This document shows positions 9,227 to 20,517 of a DNA stretch of 64,000 nt, piece after piece (the stretch's first letter is position 1; every line of letters starts with the position of its first letter). The translations under genes and the position numbers were made by a program. The notes beneath the pieces are model-generated. The model searched no databases and was not told the DNA's origin. It saw only the letters and a program-made list of their open reading frames with translations. The stretch spans positions 1-64,000 of the IMG/VR virus record IMGVR_UViG_3300042934_000594; one strand, written 5' to 3'.

Positions 9227-9253
9227 TATAACCCAACCCTCCTGGAGACTGTC

Positions 9254-9772
9254 ATGCCTACCACCCTTTACCACGGATCGATGTACGCCCAAGAAGAGCT
9301 GATGCCAGGCATCAAACGTTCAGGGGAGAAGGTTGAGTGGGACGGTACGGAATCCAACGAGTACCTTTACGCCACGACCGACCGTGAGACCGCGGTCAGT
9401 CAGGGTTTTGCCAGCGCCATGGAGAAGGTCTTCCCGGTTCGACGGTTTCGCACCGAAGGCCGGGACATCCACATCTTCCTGGAAGGCAAACACCCCACCC
9501 CTGAGCAACTTAAAAAGCTCACGGTAAACCTGTACACGATCCGTGTGCTGCCGCAAGACCAGTGGCGTAAAAATAACAACAAGGTCAATGGTTTGGATAC
9601 TGAGTGGACTACTCAACAGACCATCACCTCGGGCATTGAGTCGCGGGAGACCATTGACGTACCGACCTGGCTTAATGGACGCACCATTAAGTTCTTCGAC
9701 CACGTGGATGAAAACCCCAACAGCCACATTGTCCAACACACCCCGTTAACGAAGTACTTCTTTAAGAAATAA
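9254..9772 (+). CDS. ADP-ribosyltransferase-fold protein (Arr-like)
   Basis: LYHGS at strand 1, YLYAT at strand 2, followed by Ala-rich helix. Confidence 0.55.
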   Translation: MPTTLYHGSMYAQEELMPGIKRSGEKVEWDGTESNEYLYATTDRETAVSQGFASAMEKVFPVRRFRTEGRDIHIFLEGKHPTPEQLKKLTVNLYTIRVLPQDQWRKNNNKVNGLDTEWTTQQTITSGIESRETIDVPTWLNGRTIKFFDHVDENPNSHIVQHTPLTKYFFKK

Positions 9773-9780
9773 GGACCTGC

Positions 9781-10224
9781 ATGGACCGTTACGAACGCGA
9801 AGCTTATTGGACGGGTACCCGGCTGTTTCTGGCCTTGGTGGCCATGGGTATTCTGATGGCACTGGGCGGTTACGCCTGGAAGTACTTCATGGCCCCTGTG
9901 GCTGGGAAGGCCGAAGCGGAATGGCAACAAGAATCGGGTGCCAACCGCACCGCGCAGTACGACAAGTTCTTTGACCTGTGTGCAGCGATCCAGGGTTATG
10001 AATCCACGATCCGCATCCAGAGCGAAGCCTTGAAGACAGCCACTGCGCCTGAAGACCGTTCTCGCTTGACCACGGTGGTTGCAGGGGTGCGTGCACAGCG
10101 CGGCCGTGCGATTGCCCAATACAACGCCGACGCTCGCAAGAGCTACACCCAAGGGCGTTTTCTCGACGGGTCCCTGCCGACCCAACTCAATGATGCTGCG
10201 GAGCAAACACAATGCGTAAACTGA
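9781..10224 (+). CDS. membrane-anchored helical protein
   Basis: N-terminal TM helix, helical body with two Cys. Confidence 0.75.
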   Translation: MDRYEREAYWTGTRLFLALVAMGILMALGGYAWKYFMAPVAGKAEAEWQQESGANRTAQYDKFFDLCAAIQGYESTIRIQSEALKTATAPEDRSRLTTVVAGVRAQRGRAIAQYNADARKSYTQGRFLDGSLPTQLNDAAEQTQCVN

Positions 10225-10751
10225 TCTATCTGCTGTGCGGTCTGTTCCTGACCGCAGGTCTGCTGGGTAACACCAGTTGCAATCAGGAACGTCCAACGGC
10301 ACGTGAAACCAACGTGGTGGCGCAGCAGGATCTGATGACACGGGCTACCCAGGCCGTGCCGGTACCGCGTGTCAGCAACTTTCTCAATCGCGAAGCGGTG
10401 GCCAAGCAGGTCACACGCCTCGATGAGAAGGGTAAGCTCTTCTACATCTACCTCTTCGGCGACAACGGACAGCAGATGGGCTACTTCGTTGCGTACACCC
10501 GTCCCGTGGCGACCTGTTCACTCCTTACCCCACCGGACGACGTCTGGAAGTACGGCGACACCGGGCGCACCAGTCAGGCATTGAAAGCCCCAGGTCTGGG
10601 CGGTGTGTGGAACCCGGGTAACTGCGGTCCGAACTACTTCTTCTTCGATGCCTCCACCGATGCGTACATCGAGTTCGGTGACTTCAAGTACTTCATCAGT
10701 GACCAACCACTGAGCCTGAAAGCTGAACCGATTCACGTCAACACCAAGTAA
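10212..10751 (+). CDS. putative exported protein or lipoprotein
   Basis: Signal peptide ending in Cys (LTAGLLGNTSC); overlaps upstream gene by 13 nt. Confidence 0.7.
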   Translation: MRKLIYLLCGLFLTAGLLGNTSCNQERPTARETNVVAQQDLMTRATQAVPVPRVSNFLNREAVAKQVTRLDEKGKLFYIYLFGDNGQQMGYFVAYTRPVATCSLLTPPDDVWKYGDTGRTSQALKAPGLGGVWNPGNCGPNYFFFDASTDAYIEFGDFKYFISDQPLSLKAEPIHVNTK

Positions 10752-10760
10752 CAACGCACG

Positions 10761-10794
10761 GCAGTCCCTTCGGGGACTGCTGGCTTTATTTTTT
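10761..10794 (+). terminator. intrinsic terminator
   Basis: gcagtccc-ttcg-gggactgc plus T-rich tail. Confidence 0.7.
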
Positions 10795-10806
10795 CTAGGG
10801 ACGTTT

Positions 10807-11418
10807 ATGAATTTATCTAATACCGTTGTCGTCGATGCTCAAGGTCAGCCTCTGGCAGTCTACCGAGGTGAGCATGGGATGCACGATCATTTCATCCAAA
10901 GCCTATTACCTTCCATCTCTTTTGGTGATGAGGCAGCGGCGCGTCAATACGCCATGCACCCCAATCAACCTCACCTGCGGGCAGAACGACCCCGCATTCT
11001 GAAAGCCTATCTGAATATCACCAAGCCGGTGTTCAACCGCTCAGGCGACTCCTACGTTGACTACGACGATCTGGTGGAGTTGGTGGGGTTGCGATTGGCC
11101 AACCGGATGTTCTGCAAGTTTGCTGAAGTGGTCATGGCCACTGATGCTTGGGCGGACATGGTGGTGCACAGCCTCAAGGCCTGGCGTACGGTGGAATCAC
11201 TGATTGCTCAACGCTTGGACCTCATGTCACAGCTGTGTATTCAGGTCTACCCATTGCTGGATGATCCTGAGTTTATCGAGCACACACGCTCCTTGGGCTT
11301 TGACGGGGCCATTCACATGGGCAGCGGGTTTAACTCCGGGGCAGACGAGTACCGGGTGTTTGACCAAAATCAGATCGTCTTCATCGGTGAAGAACGTCTA
11401 CAGGGGTGCGCAGCATGA
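10807..11418 (+). CDS. ART-PolyVal-like ADP-ribosyltransferase-fold protein
   Basis: VYRG, ISF...A..YA, AYLNITKP, GFDGAI, EYRVFDQNQI pattern. Confidence 0.6.
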   Translation: MNLSNTVVVDAQGQPLAVYRGEHGMHDHFIQSLLPSISFGDEAAARQYAMHPNQPHLRAERPRILKAYLNITKPVFNRSGDSYVDYDDLVELVGLRLANRMFCKFAEVVMATDAWADMVVHSLKAWRTVESLIAQRLDLMSQLCIQVYPLLDDPEFIEHTRSLGFDGAIHMGSGFNSGADEYRVFDQNQIVFIGEERLQGCAA

Positions 11419-11654
11419 ACGGGGCTAACAAAGCAACCATCCGGGGATTGACCATCCGGGCCAAGAATACGTTGCGTGATCAGCTGGTGCGTTTCCTGGA
11501 AAGCAAACGCGACCTCAGCGGTAATGAGCAAATGGCTTTGAGCATCCTGCAAGCCGATGAGCGCCTGACCCTGACGGTGTCTGACACCCACCTCGCCCTA
11601 CAAGGGGTTGACCAGCAGGGTAAGTTCAGCAGCACTACCTTGCACTTGGTTTAA
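11415..11654 (+). CDS. hypothetical protein
   Basis: ATGA overlap. Confidence 0.65.
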   Translation: MNGANKATIRGLTIRAKNTLRDQLVRFLESKRDLSGNEQMALSILQADERLTLTVSDTHLALQGVDQQGKFSSTTLHLV

Positions 11655-11666
11655 CGTCTATATCAC
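11654..11666 (+). promoter_or_regulatory. candidate early promoter (ACGTCTATATCAC)
   Basis: Member of the CTATATnAC motif family, intergenic. Confidence 0.35.
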
Positions 11667-11695
11667 CCAGGTGTCCCTAGCCGTTTGGAGGACCC

Positions 11696-12208
11696 ATGGT
11701 CTACCCCATTGTGTTACAACGTCCCACCGGCACACGCCGGCGTGAGTACTTCGCGTTTAGTCAACAGGATTATCGGTTGACGCTGGATGAGTTCGTGCAG
11801 GTGTTGGACCGTTGTGACGAATGGGTGGTGGCTGCAACGCTGCACCACTACCACACCGTGGACGTCGCCACGCAACAGCGCGTCATGCGCGAATGGCAAG
11901 ACAGACTCAATAACCCCGCCATCCGCACCCAACGGACGGTGGACACCGAGGTTGCCCTACGGTACGCCCCCGCCCACATGCAGAAAGAGCATGGGTGGGC
12001 CTTGTTGTCCTGTCGAGCGACTTCCTTGGTGGTGAAAATCGCCAGGGATTCTTACTTACTGGACCTAAGCTATGGCAGAGTGATGGCGGTCTTTGCTTTT
12101 GACCCTATCCACCAAGTCCGCGTCGGTCAAAAGCTCCACACTCTGACCATTCCAGGCGATCACCCCGTTCTGGAATTGTTTGTTCAAGAACACACCCCCC
12201 TTGATTAA
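11696..12208 (+). CDS. hypothetical protein
   Basis: GGAGG RBS. Confidence 0.75.
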   Translation: MVYPIVLQRPTGTRRREYFAFSQQDYRLTLDEFVQVLDRCDEWVVAATLHHYHTVDVATQQRVMREWQDRLNNPAIRTQRTVDTEVALRYAPAHMQKEHGWALLSCRATSLVVKIARDSYLLDLSYGRVMAVFAFDPIHQVRVGQKLHTLTIPGDHPVLELFVQEHTPLD

Positions 12209-12217
12209 GAGGTTGTA

Positions 12218-12799
12218 ATGAAAACGGTCAAACTACTGTACACCAGCGCCGGCTGGATGTTGGAGTGGCAAGGTCGTGCACCTTTGGAGGTGTATGAGTT
12301 TGTAGAAGAACTGCAACGCAGCCAGCAGAACGTCTTGGCCGATATCCTGCTCGCTCTGAACAAGGACAACCCGGTCGCGGCATTGGCGTACATGAAAGTG
12401 CTGTCGGACCCGAACGGTCCTGCTTACTTCGTTGCCCCTGAGGTGGATAACGCCACCTTGCGTTCAGAAGTGTGGTACCGCTCCGAACCGAACCTGCTCA
12501 CGCAGACTGGGGTCGCCGCCTGCGGTGGGTTGATCGAAGGGCGCGATGTGATGATCCACTTTGAAAACGGTCGGATCGTCGTCGTGAACAAAGGTGATGA
12601 GAACAAACCCCATGTGCGTCACCAGATGGTTCAACGCCATGGGGAGGTTATCACCAGTCTGGAGATTCCAGAAACCCATTCTCTGTTCGACACATTGTAC
12701 GTGATCGGTCCTCGCCTGCGCCAAGGCGGGTACCCCAAGATCGACACCCGTCCGATCTCGATCCGTGAGTGGTACGCCCTGCAACCCAAAAGCGCCTAA
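12218..12799 (+). CDS. hypothetical protein
   Basis: GAGG RBS. Confidence 0.75.
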   Translation: MKTVKLLYTSAGWMLEWQGRAPLEVYEFVEELQRSQQNVLADILLALNKDNPVAALAYMKVLSDPNGPAYFVAPEVDNATLRSEVWYRSEPNLLTQTGVAACGGLIEGRDVMIHFENGRIVVVNKGDENKPHVRHQMVQRHGEVITSLEIPETHSLFDTLYVIGPRLRQGGYPKIDTRPISIREWYALQPKSA

Positions 12800-12804
12800 A
12801 CCCA

Positions 12805-12830
12805 GGGGGTCTTCGGACCTCCCTTTGTGC
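12805..12830 (+). terminator. UUCG hairpin terminator
   Basis: gggggtc-ttcg-gacctcc then ctttgtg. Confidence 0.55.
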
Positions 12831-12933
12831 CGCTTCCCAAGACCAGTGTAATGATGTGGTCTAGGCCGGCTACTTACCACCCCGACCCACTACCCTTAAG
12901 CTGACCTCACCCTCGAAAGAGTTTGGAGCACGT

Positions 12934-13482
12934 ATGTCTTTACCCTTTGATAGCGACACGGTGTTTGATGCCATTGTCGAACAGACCAACGGCGTGCCGA
13001 CGCAGGCCGCCTACGCCCTGGCATTTGACCTGGTGATGGAGCAAGGCATCGATTACCCCGAAGCCGTGCAGAAAATCGTCAATGCTGACCTGGTCGCTGT
13101 CGGCGACAAAGACCGCATTGATGAAGCCATCGCCATCGCCGTCAATCAAGGCCAGACCCCAGGCGAAGACCACAAGATGTTTGTGATCGATCAAATGCTG
13201 CGCACACTCGCCGCCGGCGAATACCGCGGTATCGTCGAGACCTACAACACCCCGGCTGAAGCCGACGAACCTGAGTCGGACGACGACGAAGACGAGGGTG
13301 ACGACGCTGAAGTCGACGACGATCAAGATCGCCCGTTGCCAGTGGAAGAAGATTCCGTCGTGGTTGAAGTCGGTGTGGGTATCCCAGCACCTGCGGCCAA
13401 CCGCCATTGGGACTGCGGTGAGAAAGCCACCGGTCTGGAAATCCTGGCCACTGCCACCGGCATCACCGTTACCCGTTTCTAA
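12934..13482 (+). CDS. acidic hypothetical protein (HK.FVIDQM.R.L / WD.G phage family motif)
   Basis: GGAG RBS; D/E-rich tract EADEPESDDDEDEGDDAEVDDDQD. Confidence 0.75.
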   Translation: MSLPFDSDTVFDAIVEQTNGVPTQAAYALAFDLVMEQGIDYPEAVQKIVNADLVAVGDKDRIDEAIAIAVNQGQTPGEDHKMFVIDQMLRTLAAGEYRGIVETYNTPAEADEPESDDDEDEGDDAEVDDDQDRPLPVEEDSVVVEVGVGIPAPAANRHWDCGEKATGLEILATATGITVTRF

Positions 13483-13492
13483 AGACCTAACA

Positions 13493-13519
13493 GGCCTGGG
13501 GAAACCCAGGCTTTGTGCC
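13493..13519 (+). terminator. GAAA hairpin, putative terminator
   Basis: ggcctggg-gaaa-cccaggct then ttgtg. Confidence 0.55.
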
Positions 13520-13557
13520 CTGTACTACCTGAGGGATTTATTTTGAAGGAGAGCACC

Positions 13558-14244
13558 ATGTTTAAAGTTCTTGCCACGGCCCAGGGTAAACGCCAAAGCG
13601 CCGCGTTTCACCAGGTCCTGAGTCAATTGGGGCTACTGACGTTCTGGAGCCAGATCGAGAAGACCAACCCGGCGGTCAACGCGCCCTACCACAGCAATCA
13701 GCACATGTACCACGTGGCGCGGATTGCGTACGAGCTGTACTGCCTGGACCACGTTAACGCCGGGACCTACAACAAGGATCATGCGCGCAACATCGTGGTG
13801 GCGGGTCTGGTGCACGACTACGACCACTCCATGGGCCGGTTTGTGGATTCGGTCAACATTGAACGCGTCCTGCGTTCAATCGAGTGGTGGGGGATGGAAC
13901 ACCCCGGACTGTGCGACTGGGACGAAGTGGCTGACCTGGTGCGGTCCACCCAGTTTCCCTACGTGGAGTACAACTACCCACCCCTGCACCCGTACTTGCG
14001 TGATGCTGACCTGATGTACGGCATGGAGATCCATGCGCAGCAGGGGTTGCTTAAGGGATTACCTGAGGAGATTGCTCAGGGTTCAGGGACCCAAATGACC
14101 AGCGTGCAGTTTCTCCCCTTGCAACGTAAGTTCTTAGACGGCATTGAACCGACCTCTCGGCCGGCACAGTTTATCTGGCGAGCCTGCCTGGAAGAAGCTT
14201 TCTACATGCAGTCGAAAATGGCTGAGTATTTCGACAAGAAGTAG
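13558..14244 (+). CDS. HD-domain metal-dependent phosphohydrolase
   Basis: YHSNQH, LVHDYDH, LRDADLM motifs. Confidence 0.8.
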   Translation: MFKVLATAQGKRQSAAFHQVLSQLGLLTFWSQIEKTNPAVNAPYHSNQHMYHVARIAYELYCLDHVNAGTYNKDHARNIVVAGLVHDYDHSMGRFVDSVNIERVLRSIEWWGMEHPGLCDWDEVADLVRSTQFPYVEYNYPPLHPYLRDADLMYGMEIHAQQGLLKGLPEEIAQGSGTQMTSVQFLPLQRKFLDGIEPTSRPAQFIWRACLEEAFYMQSKMAEYFDKK

Positions 14245-14304
14245 CGGTATGGCGTTACGATTTAAAGCAGAAGACAAATACACTTTCCGCAGTACGGAGG
14301 TTGC

Positions 14305-14663
14305 ATGACACGTCGTAGTCCGAATGCGCCTGTCCAGGTCGAGTTGATTGCTCGCCTGACGCGCAAGATCGATGACGCCCGTGATTGGGTGTTTATCACC
14401 GATCACGAACAGCACACCAAGCAAAAAATCCTGGAAGGGGAATGGCGCGCCCGCCTGTACCGTTTCACCGCAGACCCTGAAAACGGGATTACCGAACAGG
14501 AAACCAAATGGGTAGCGGCGCTCCTGACCAAGCGTTATGCCGAGTACCTGCCTCGCACGGTGGTGGAGAAACTCACCCGTATCCTCACACCGCCCGTGCA
14601 AGCCAAACCTTCCCGTGAAGAAGCCCTGGCCAAGGTCAAACGCGACATTCGAAAGGTAAGGCC

Positions 14664-14667
<4 letters not shown>
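14305..14667 (+). CDS. hypothetical protein
   Basis: GGAGG RBS. Confidence 0.7.
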
Positions 14668-17154
<2,487 letters not shown>

Positions 17155-17155
<1 letters not shown>

Positions 17156-17451
17156 TGGATCAGCAAGTTGTAGTAAAGGCTTTCAAGATTACTGAGATTC
17201 CCAGGTGGCTATCCGACACCCTGGGTGGTGAGCCGTCGGCGGCCTGCACCCTCGTGTGTGAGTCGGGACACACCCTCTCCGTTAACGATGCCTGGGCGAG
17301 TGTCTACTCGCCTCAGGTAGGGGGCTGGCTGCTGGTGAACCGTCAGGGTAAGCCCGTCTACCGTTCGGACGAAGAGTTCCAGAAGATCGCGACTCACATT
17401 CAGAACAACTTCTACCACGTCCCCCGCGGTGGGGACTTTACAGGAGAGTAA
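17155..17451 (+). CDS. hypothetical protein
   Basis: TAATG overlap, GGAGG RBS. Confidence 0.7.
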
Positions 17452-17453
17452 CC

Positions 17454-18038
17454 ATGGCAATGTCCGACTGCGTGAAATGTTGGGACACCCCCTGCACGTG
17501 TGGCCACGACCTCAAAGAACGTTCTGAGGATTGGTTGAAGAACCAGTTGAAGATCATCACCGCCGAATTGGAATCGCGTACACCGGCTCGACTGGGTCAG
17601 CGTGTGGAGTTGTTACGCTTTGGGGTGGTATCAGAACACACCGGTTTGGTGTTGGTGCCCACCGAGGAAGCTGTAGCTGCCGTGCAAGCTATTCTGGGTA
17701 AGACCCGGTATTGCGAGTTTGGTCGGGTTGAACTCCCCCGTGACGCCAGTGCGACGGAGACCATTAATCGGATGGGCGTAGTCAAGGAAGCTCGAGTCTG
17801 CGCCTTCCTGGACCGTCTCCATTACGACTCTGAAGAACAAGTGCTTTGGGGACATTACTACGCGTACGGCCCATTTGCCAACAAAGCTAACATGCTTTTC
17901 GAGGGAACGGCACGCCTGACCTACCGCTGCTCATCGTACACTGATCCTAACGCCGGGACCCGTGAGATCAAGAAGTTGATCACGTTTGACCTTATCCCCA
18001 TCACCGAGGAGTTAGAGCATGCGTCTCCTGAAATCTGA
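17454..18038 (+). CDS. N-terminal Cys-rich finger plus degenerate prohead-protease (S80/U9)-like domain
   Basis: CVKCWDTPCTCGH; YCEFG...RVCAF...YGP...R...LITFDLI pattern. Confidence 0.5.
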   Translation: MAMSDCVKCWDTPCTCGHDLKERSEDWLKNQLKIITAELESRTPARLGQRVELLRFGVVSEHTGLVLVPTEEAVAAVQAILGKTRYCEFGRVELPRDASATETINRMGVVKEARVCAFLDRLHYDSEEQVLWGHYYAYGPFANKANMLFEGTARLTYRCSSYTDPNAGTREIKKLITFDLIPITEELEHASPEI

Positions 18039-18660
18039 ATCGCCCCGTTACAAGGCCCTGCCGCCGATGCACCTGCGCAAAGACCAGTTCGGTCGTTTGT
18101 TGCGGCTGCAATACGGCCCCAAGATCATGCAGGAATGCGTGAACCAGCACCGCCCATATGGCGACGACTGCTGGGACGGTGGGGTGACCGAGTTGCCCAT
18201 CCGGGAGGCTCGCCGTAAGCACCTGAACAAACTCAGACGCTACTGGCACCGCACTCAACCCAAACCCCTGGACACCACCAAGGTCAATGCGGAGCACCCG
18301 CGATACCCTGGGCACTATTTCTACCCGCTGGTCGGTAATGCCGCGCTGGTGGAGTTACCCCTGATTGACCGTATGAAAATACTGTCGGATGAGGGCAACT
18401 ACATGGTGATGCTGGCCAACCTGAATGACGAGGGCCAACGCACGGACGCTCTTTGCGCCTGTGACAATGCCCGCATCCCCACTCACCGTCGGCAGGACGC
18501 CCCAACGATACCTACGCTGGCCGAACACCTCAGCGCCTCACTGGCCGAAGTAAGGGCCACGTCACCCAATGCCCCGTCCCCCTACGGCAAGCTGTATGAA
18601 ACCACCCCCATCAGTGAGGAGGATTTTGTCAAGGCTTGGCAGGCGCCCTCCAAGGCATAA
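18019..18660 (+). CDS. hypothetical protein
   Basis: GAGGAG RBS; 213 aa. Confidence 0.7.
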   Translation: MRLLKSESPRYKALPPMHLRKDQFGRLLRLQYGPKIMQECVNQHRPYGDDCWDGGVTELPIREARRKHLNKLRRYWHRTQPKPLDTTKVNAEHPRYPGHYFYPLVGNAALVELPLIDRMKILSDEGNYMVMLANLNDEGQRTDALCACDNARIPTHRRQDAPTIPTLAEHLSASLAEVRATSPNAPSPYGKLYETTPISEEDFVKAWQAPSKA

Positions 18661-18661
18661 A

Positions 18662-18700
18662 AGCGGGCACCCTTCGGGGTGCCTGTTATGTCGTCTTTTC
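18662..18700 (+). terminator. UUCG hairpin terminator
   Basis: gcgggcaccc-ttcg-gggtgcctgt, T-rich tail. Confidence 0.65.
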
Positions 18701-18721
18701 TTTTTGATCGCACGGGTTTTG

Positions 18722-18734
18722 AAACCTATATGAC
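18722..18734 (+). promoter_or_regulatory. candidate early promoter (AAACCTATATGAC)
   Basis: Motif family member, downstream of terminator, upstream of Arc gene. Confidence 0.45.
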
Positions 18735-18790
18735 TCAGGTGTGAAAGCTGGCAGCTTTTACAAACACATACCACTTATTGGAGCAATACC

Positions 18791-19162
18791 ATGACTGAGA
18801 AGTCCAGGGGTCAAGGACACGCGTACCCATCACGTTTCGCGGACAAATTTGTCGTGCGTTTGGCCGATGGCGTGCGGGAACGCATTCTGGCGATGAGCAA
18901 AGAAAAGCACATGTCCATGAACAGCTTGATGCACGGCTGGGTCATGGAGGGCCTTCTGCGTGATGAAGGTGGGGCTGCCCGCTGGGTACCACGAAAGGGC
19001 ATGGTGATCTACGACACCCTTCAGTCTAAGGTCGGCGAGATCGTCGGCTTTACGTTAAGGCAGGGTGAGCTCTACATCAACTACGAAGACATAGAAGACC
19101 CCATGCGCGACCGCATCCTCACCCAACATGCGGCCGATTGCCAACCGTTCACGGTTTTCTAA
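18791..19162 (+). CDS. Arc/AmrZ-like ribbon-helix-helix regulator with extra C-terminal domain
   Basis: [21 protein letters not shown]...HMSMNS matches the Arc/AlgZ-AmrZ signature. Confidence 0.85.
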   Translation: [123 protein letters not shown]

Positions 19163-19232
19163 TCCAGGTGGGGTTGCCCCGCCATTGTAAGTCCGGCTTT
19201 TGCCACCAAACTGCTATTAGGAGTTACCCAAG

Positions 19233-19940
19233 ATGAACATCAAATCGCGCGTCATCCACATGAACCTGCGCAACATTGTTCGCCATGTGACCGATACACC
19301 GGGCAACATCGAGCAAGTCCCGCATTACACCCTCTCTATTCAAAACCGAGGGGCTCGGGGTGTGGAATGGTACGGTGTGTTTATCCAGTCGATCAAACCT
19401 GCCGATCGCTGGACACCTGAAGACACGTACTTCATCAAGCGTTGCCTGTGTAACTTCGTCCGAGACTTGGGTGGGGATCGGCGTCTAAGCCTTGGGGTTG
19501 AGAAAACCGCTGAACAAATCATCGACGTGGGTCTGCGCCGTAAGCCCTCCGCACTGTACGCGGAAGGCCACCCAACGCTGCTTAAAGCGTACCTGACCAA
19601 TGGCCTGGAATTGGACGTCGTGCGCCCTGGTGCGCAGCTGGGGGACGTTGAGGGGTACGGTGGGTTTAAGATCGCCATCCCCGTGATGGGTCTGGTGCAT
19701 GAAGGGTTGGTTTACCACCGCGGACTGCCGCTGTACAACTACCTGGACGTGGGTCATGTCCCTGGTATTGTGCGGGAACATTTAAGTTTGCAGTTTCCTT
19801 TGTTCTTTGGGGGACAGCGTGAACTGTGCGTGACCCAAGACCTCGTTCCCCGAACTCGTAATCAACGTATGGCAGTCGTTGCCGTCCGTGATCAGGCCGC
19901 ATTCGCCAGCGGGCCTGGACTTTCTACTGACCAGCATTAA
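19233..19940 (+). CDS. hypothetical protein
   Basis: AGGAG RBS. Confidence 0.75.
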   Translation: MNIKSRVIHMNLRNIVRHVTDTPGNIEQVPHYTLSIQNRGARGVEWYGVFIQSIKPADRWTPEDTYFIKRCLCNFVRDLGGDRRLSLGVEKTAEQIIDVGLRRKPSALYAEGHPTLLKAYLTNGLELDVVRPGAQLGDVEGYGGFKIAIPVMGLVHEGLVYHRGLPLYNYLDVGHVPGIVREHLSLQFPLFFGGQRELCVTQDLVPRTRNQRMAVVAVRDQAAFASGPGLSTDQH

Positions 19941-19997
19941 GATCTGAAGGGTTTTGCTGTTCCTCCCCTTCCTCTATGTCCCACTACGGATTGAGTT

Positions 19998-20507
19998 ATG
20001 AACCTGAATTTAAAGACCCAGATTATTCTAGCCCTGTCACTGGGTGCGCAGTTGACAGCGTATTCATCGTTTACTGACGCGGCTGAAGTGACCCTAAGGC
20101 TCGACAACACAGACAACACCGTGTCGGCGTACCGTGACGACACGTTGGTGGAATCGGACCTTGCGTTCAGCACAGGTGATCGGGTGGACAACAAGTGGCA
20201 GCTCACCGACGCTGCCGAAGAAGTCCTGGCCCGTACCCTGACCGATTGGTCGGTCAAACGGCACCTGCGCATGATCAAGCCGCACTTGGCGATCATCCGT
20301 GAGGCGTTCCCTGACGTCACCCTGTGGCGACTGCGTGATGTCCGCCTGACTGATGTAAACGGCTTTGCGGTGATCGCCCGGTACCGTGAAGGTGATCCTG
20401 ATCGTCTACCGTGCCCAAGCATGGGCGGCTTCGGTCTTTCCACTGATGGGCGGTCTATTGTGTATGTCGAGGCCGAGATCTGGCGTTACGAACCGTTGCA
20501 AGAATAA
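19998..20507 (+). CDS. hypothetical protein
   Basis: 169-aa ORF in operon context. Confidence 0.7.
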   Translation: MNLNLKTQIILALSLGAQLTAYSSFTDAAEVTLRLDNTDNTVSAYRDDTLVESDLAFSTGDRVDNKWQLTDAAEEVLARTLTDWSVKRHLRMIKPHLAIIREAFPDVTLWRLRDVRLTDVNGFAVIARYREGDPDRLPCPSMGGFGLSTDGRSIVYVEAEIWRYEPLQE

Positions 20508-20517
20508 CGAGGTAGGT

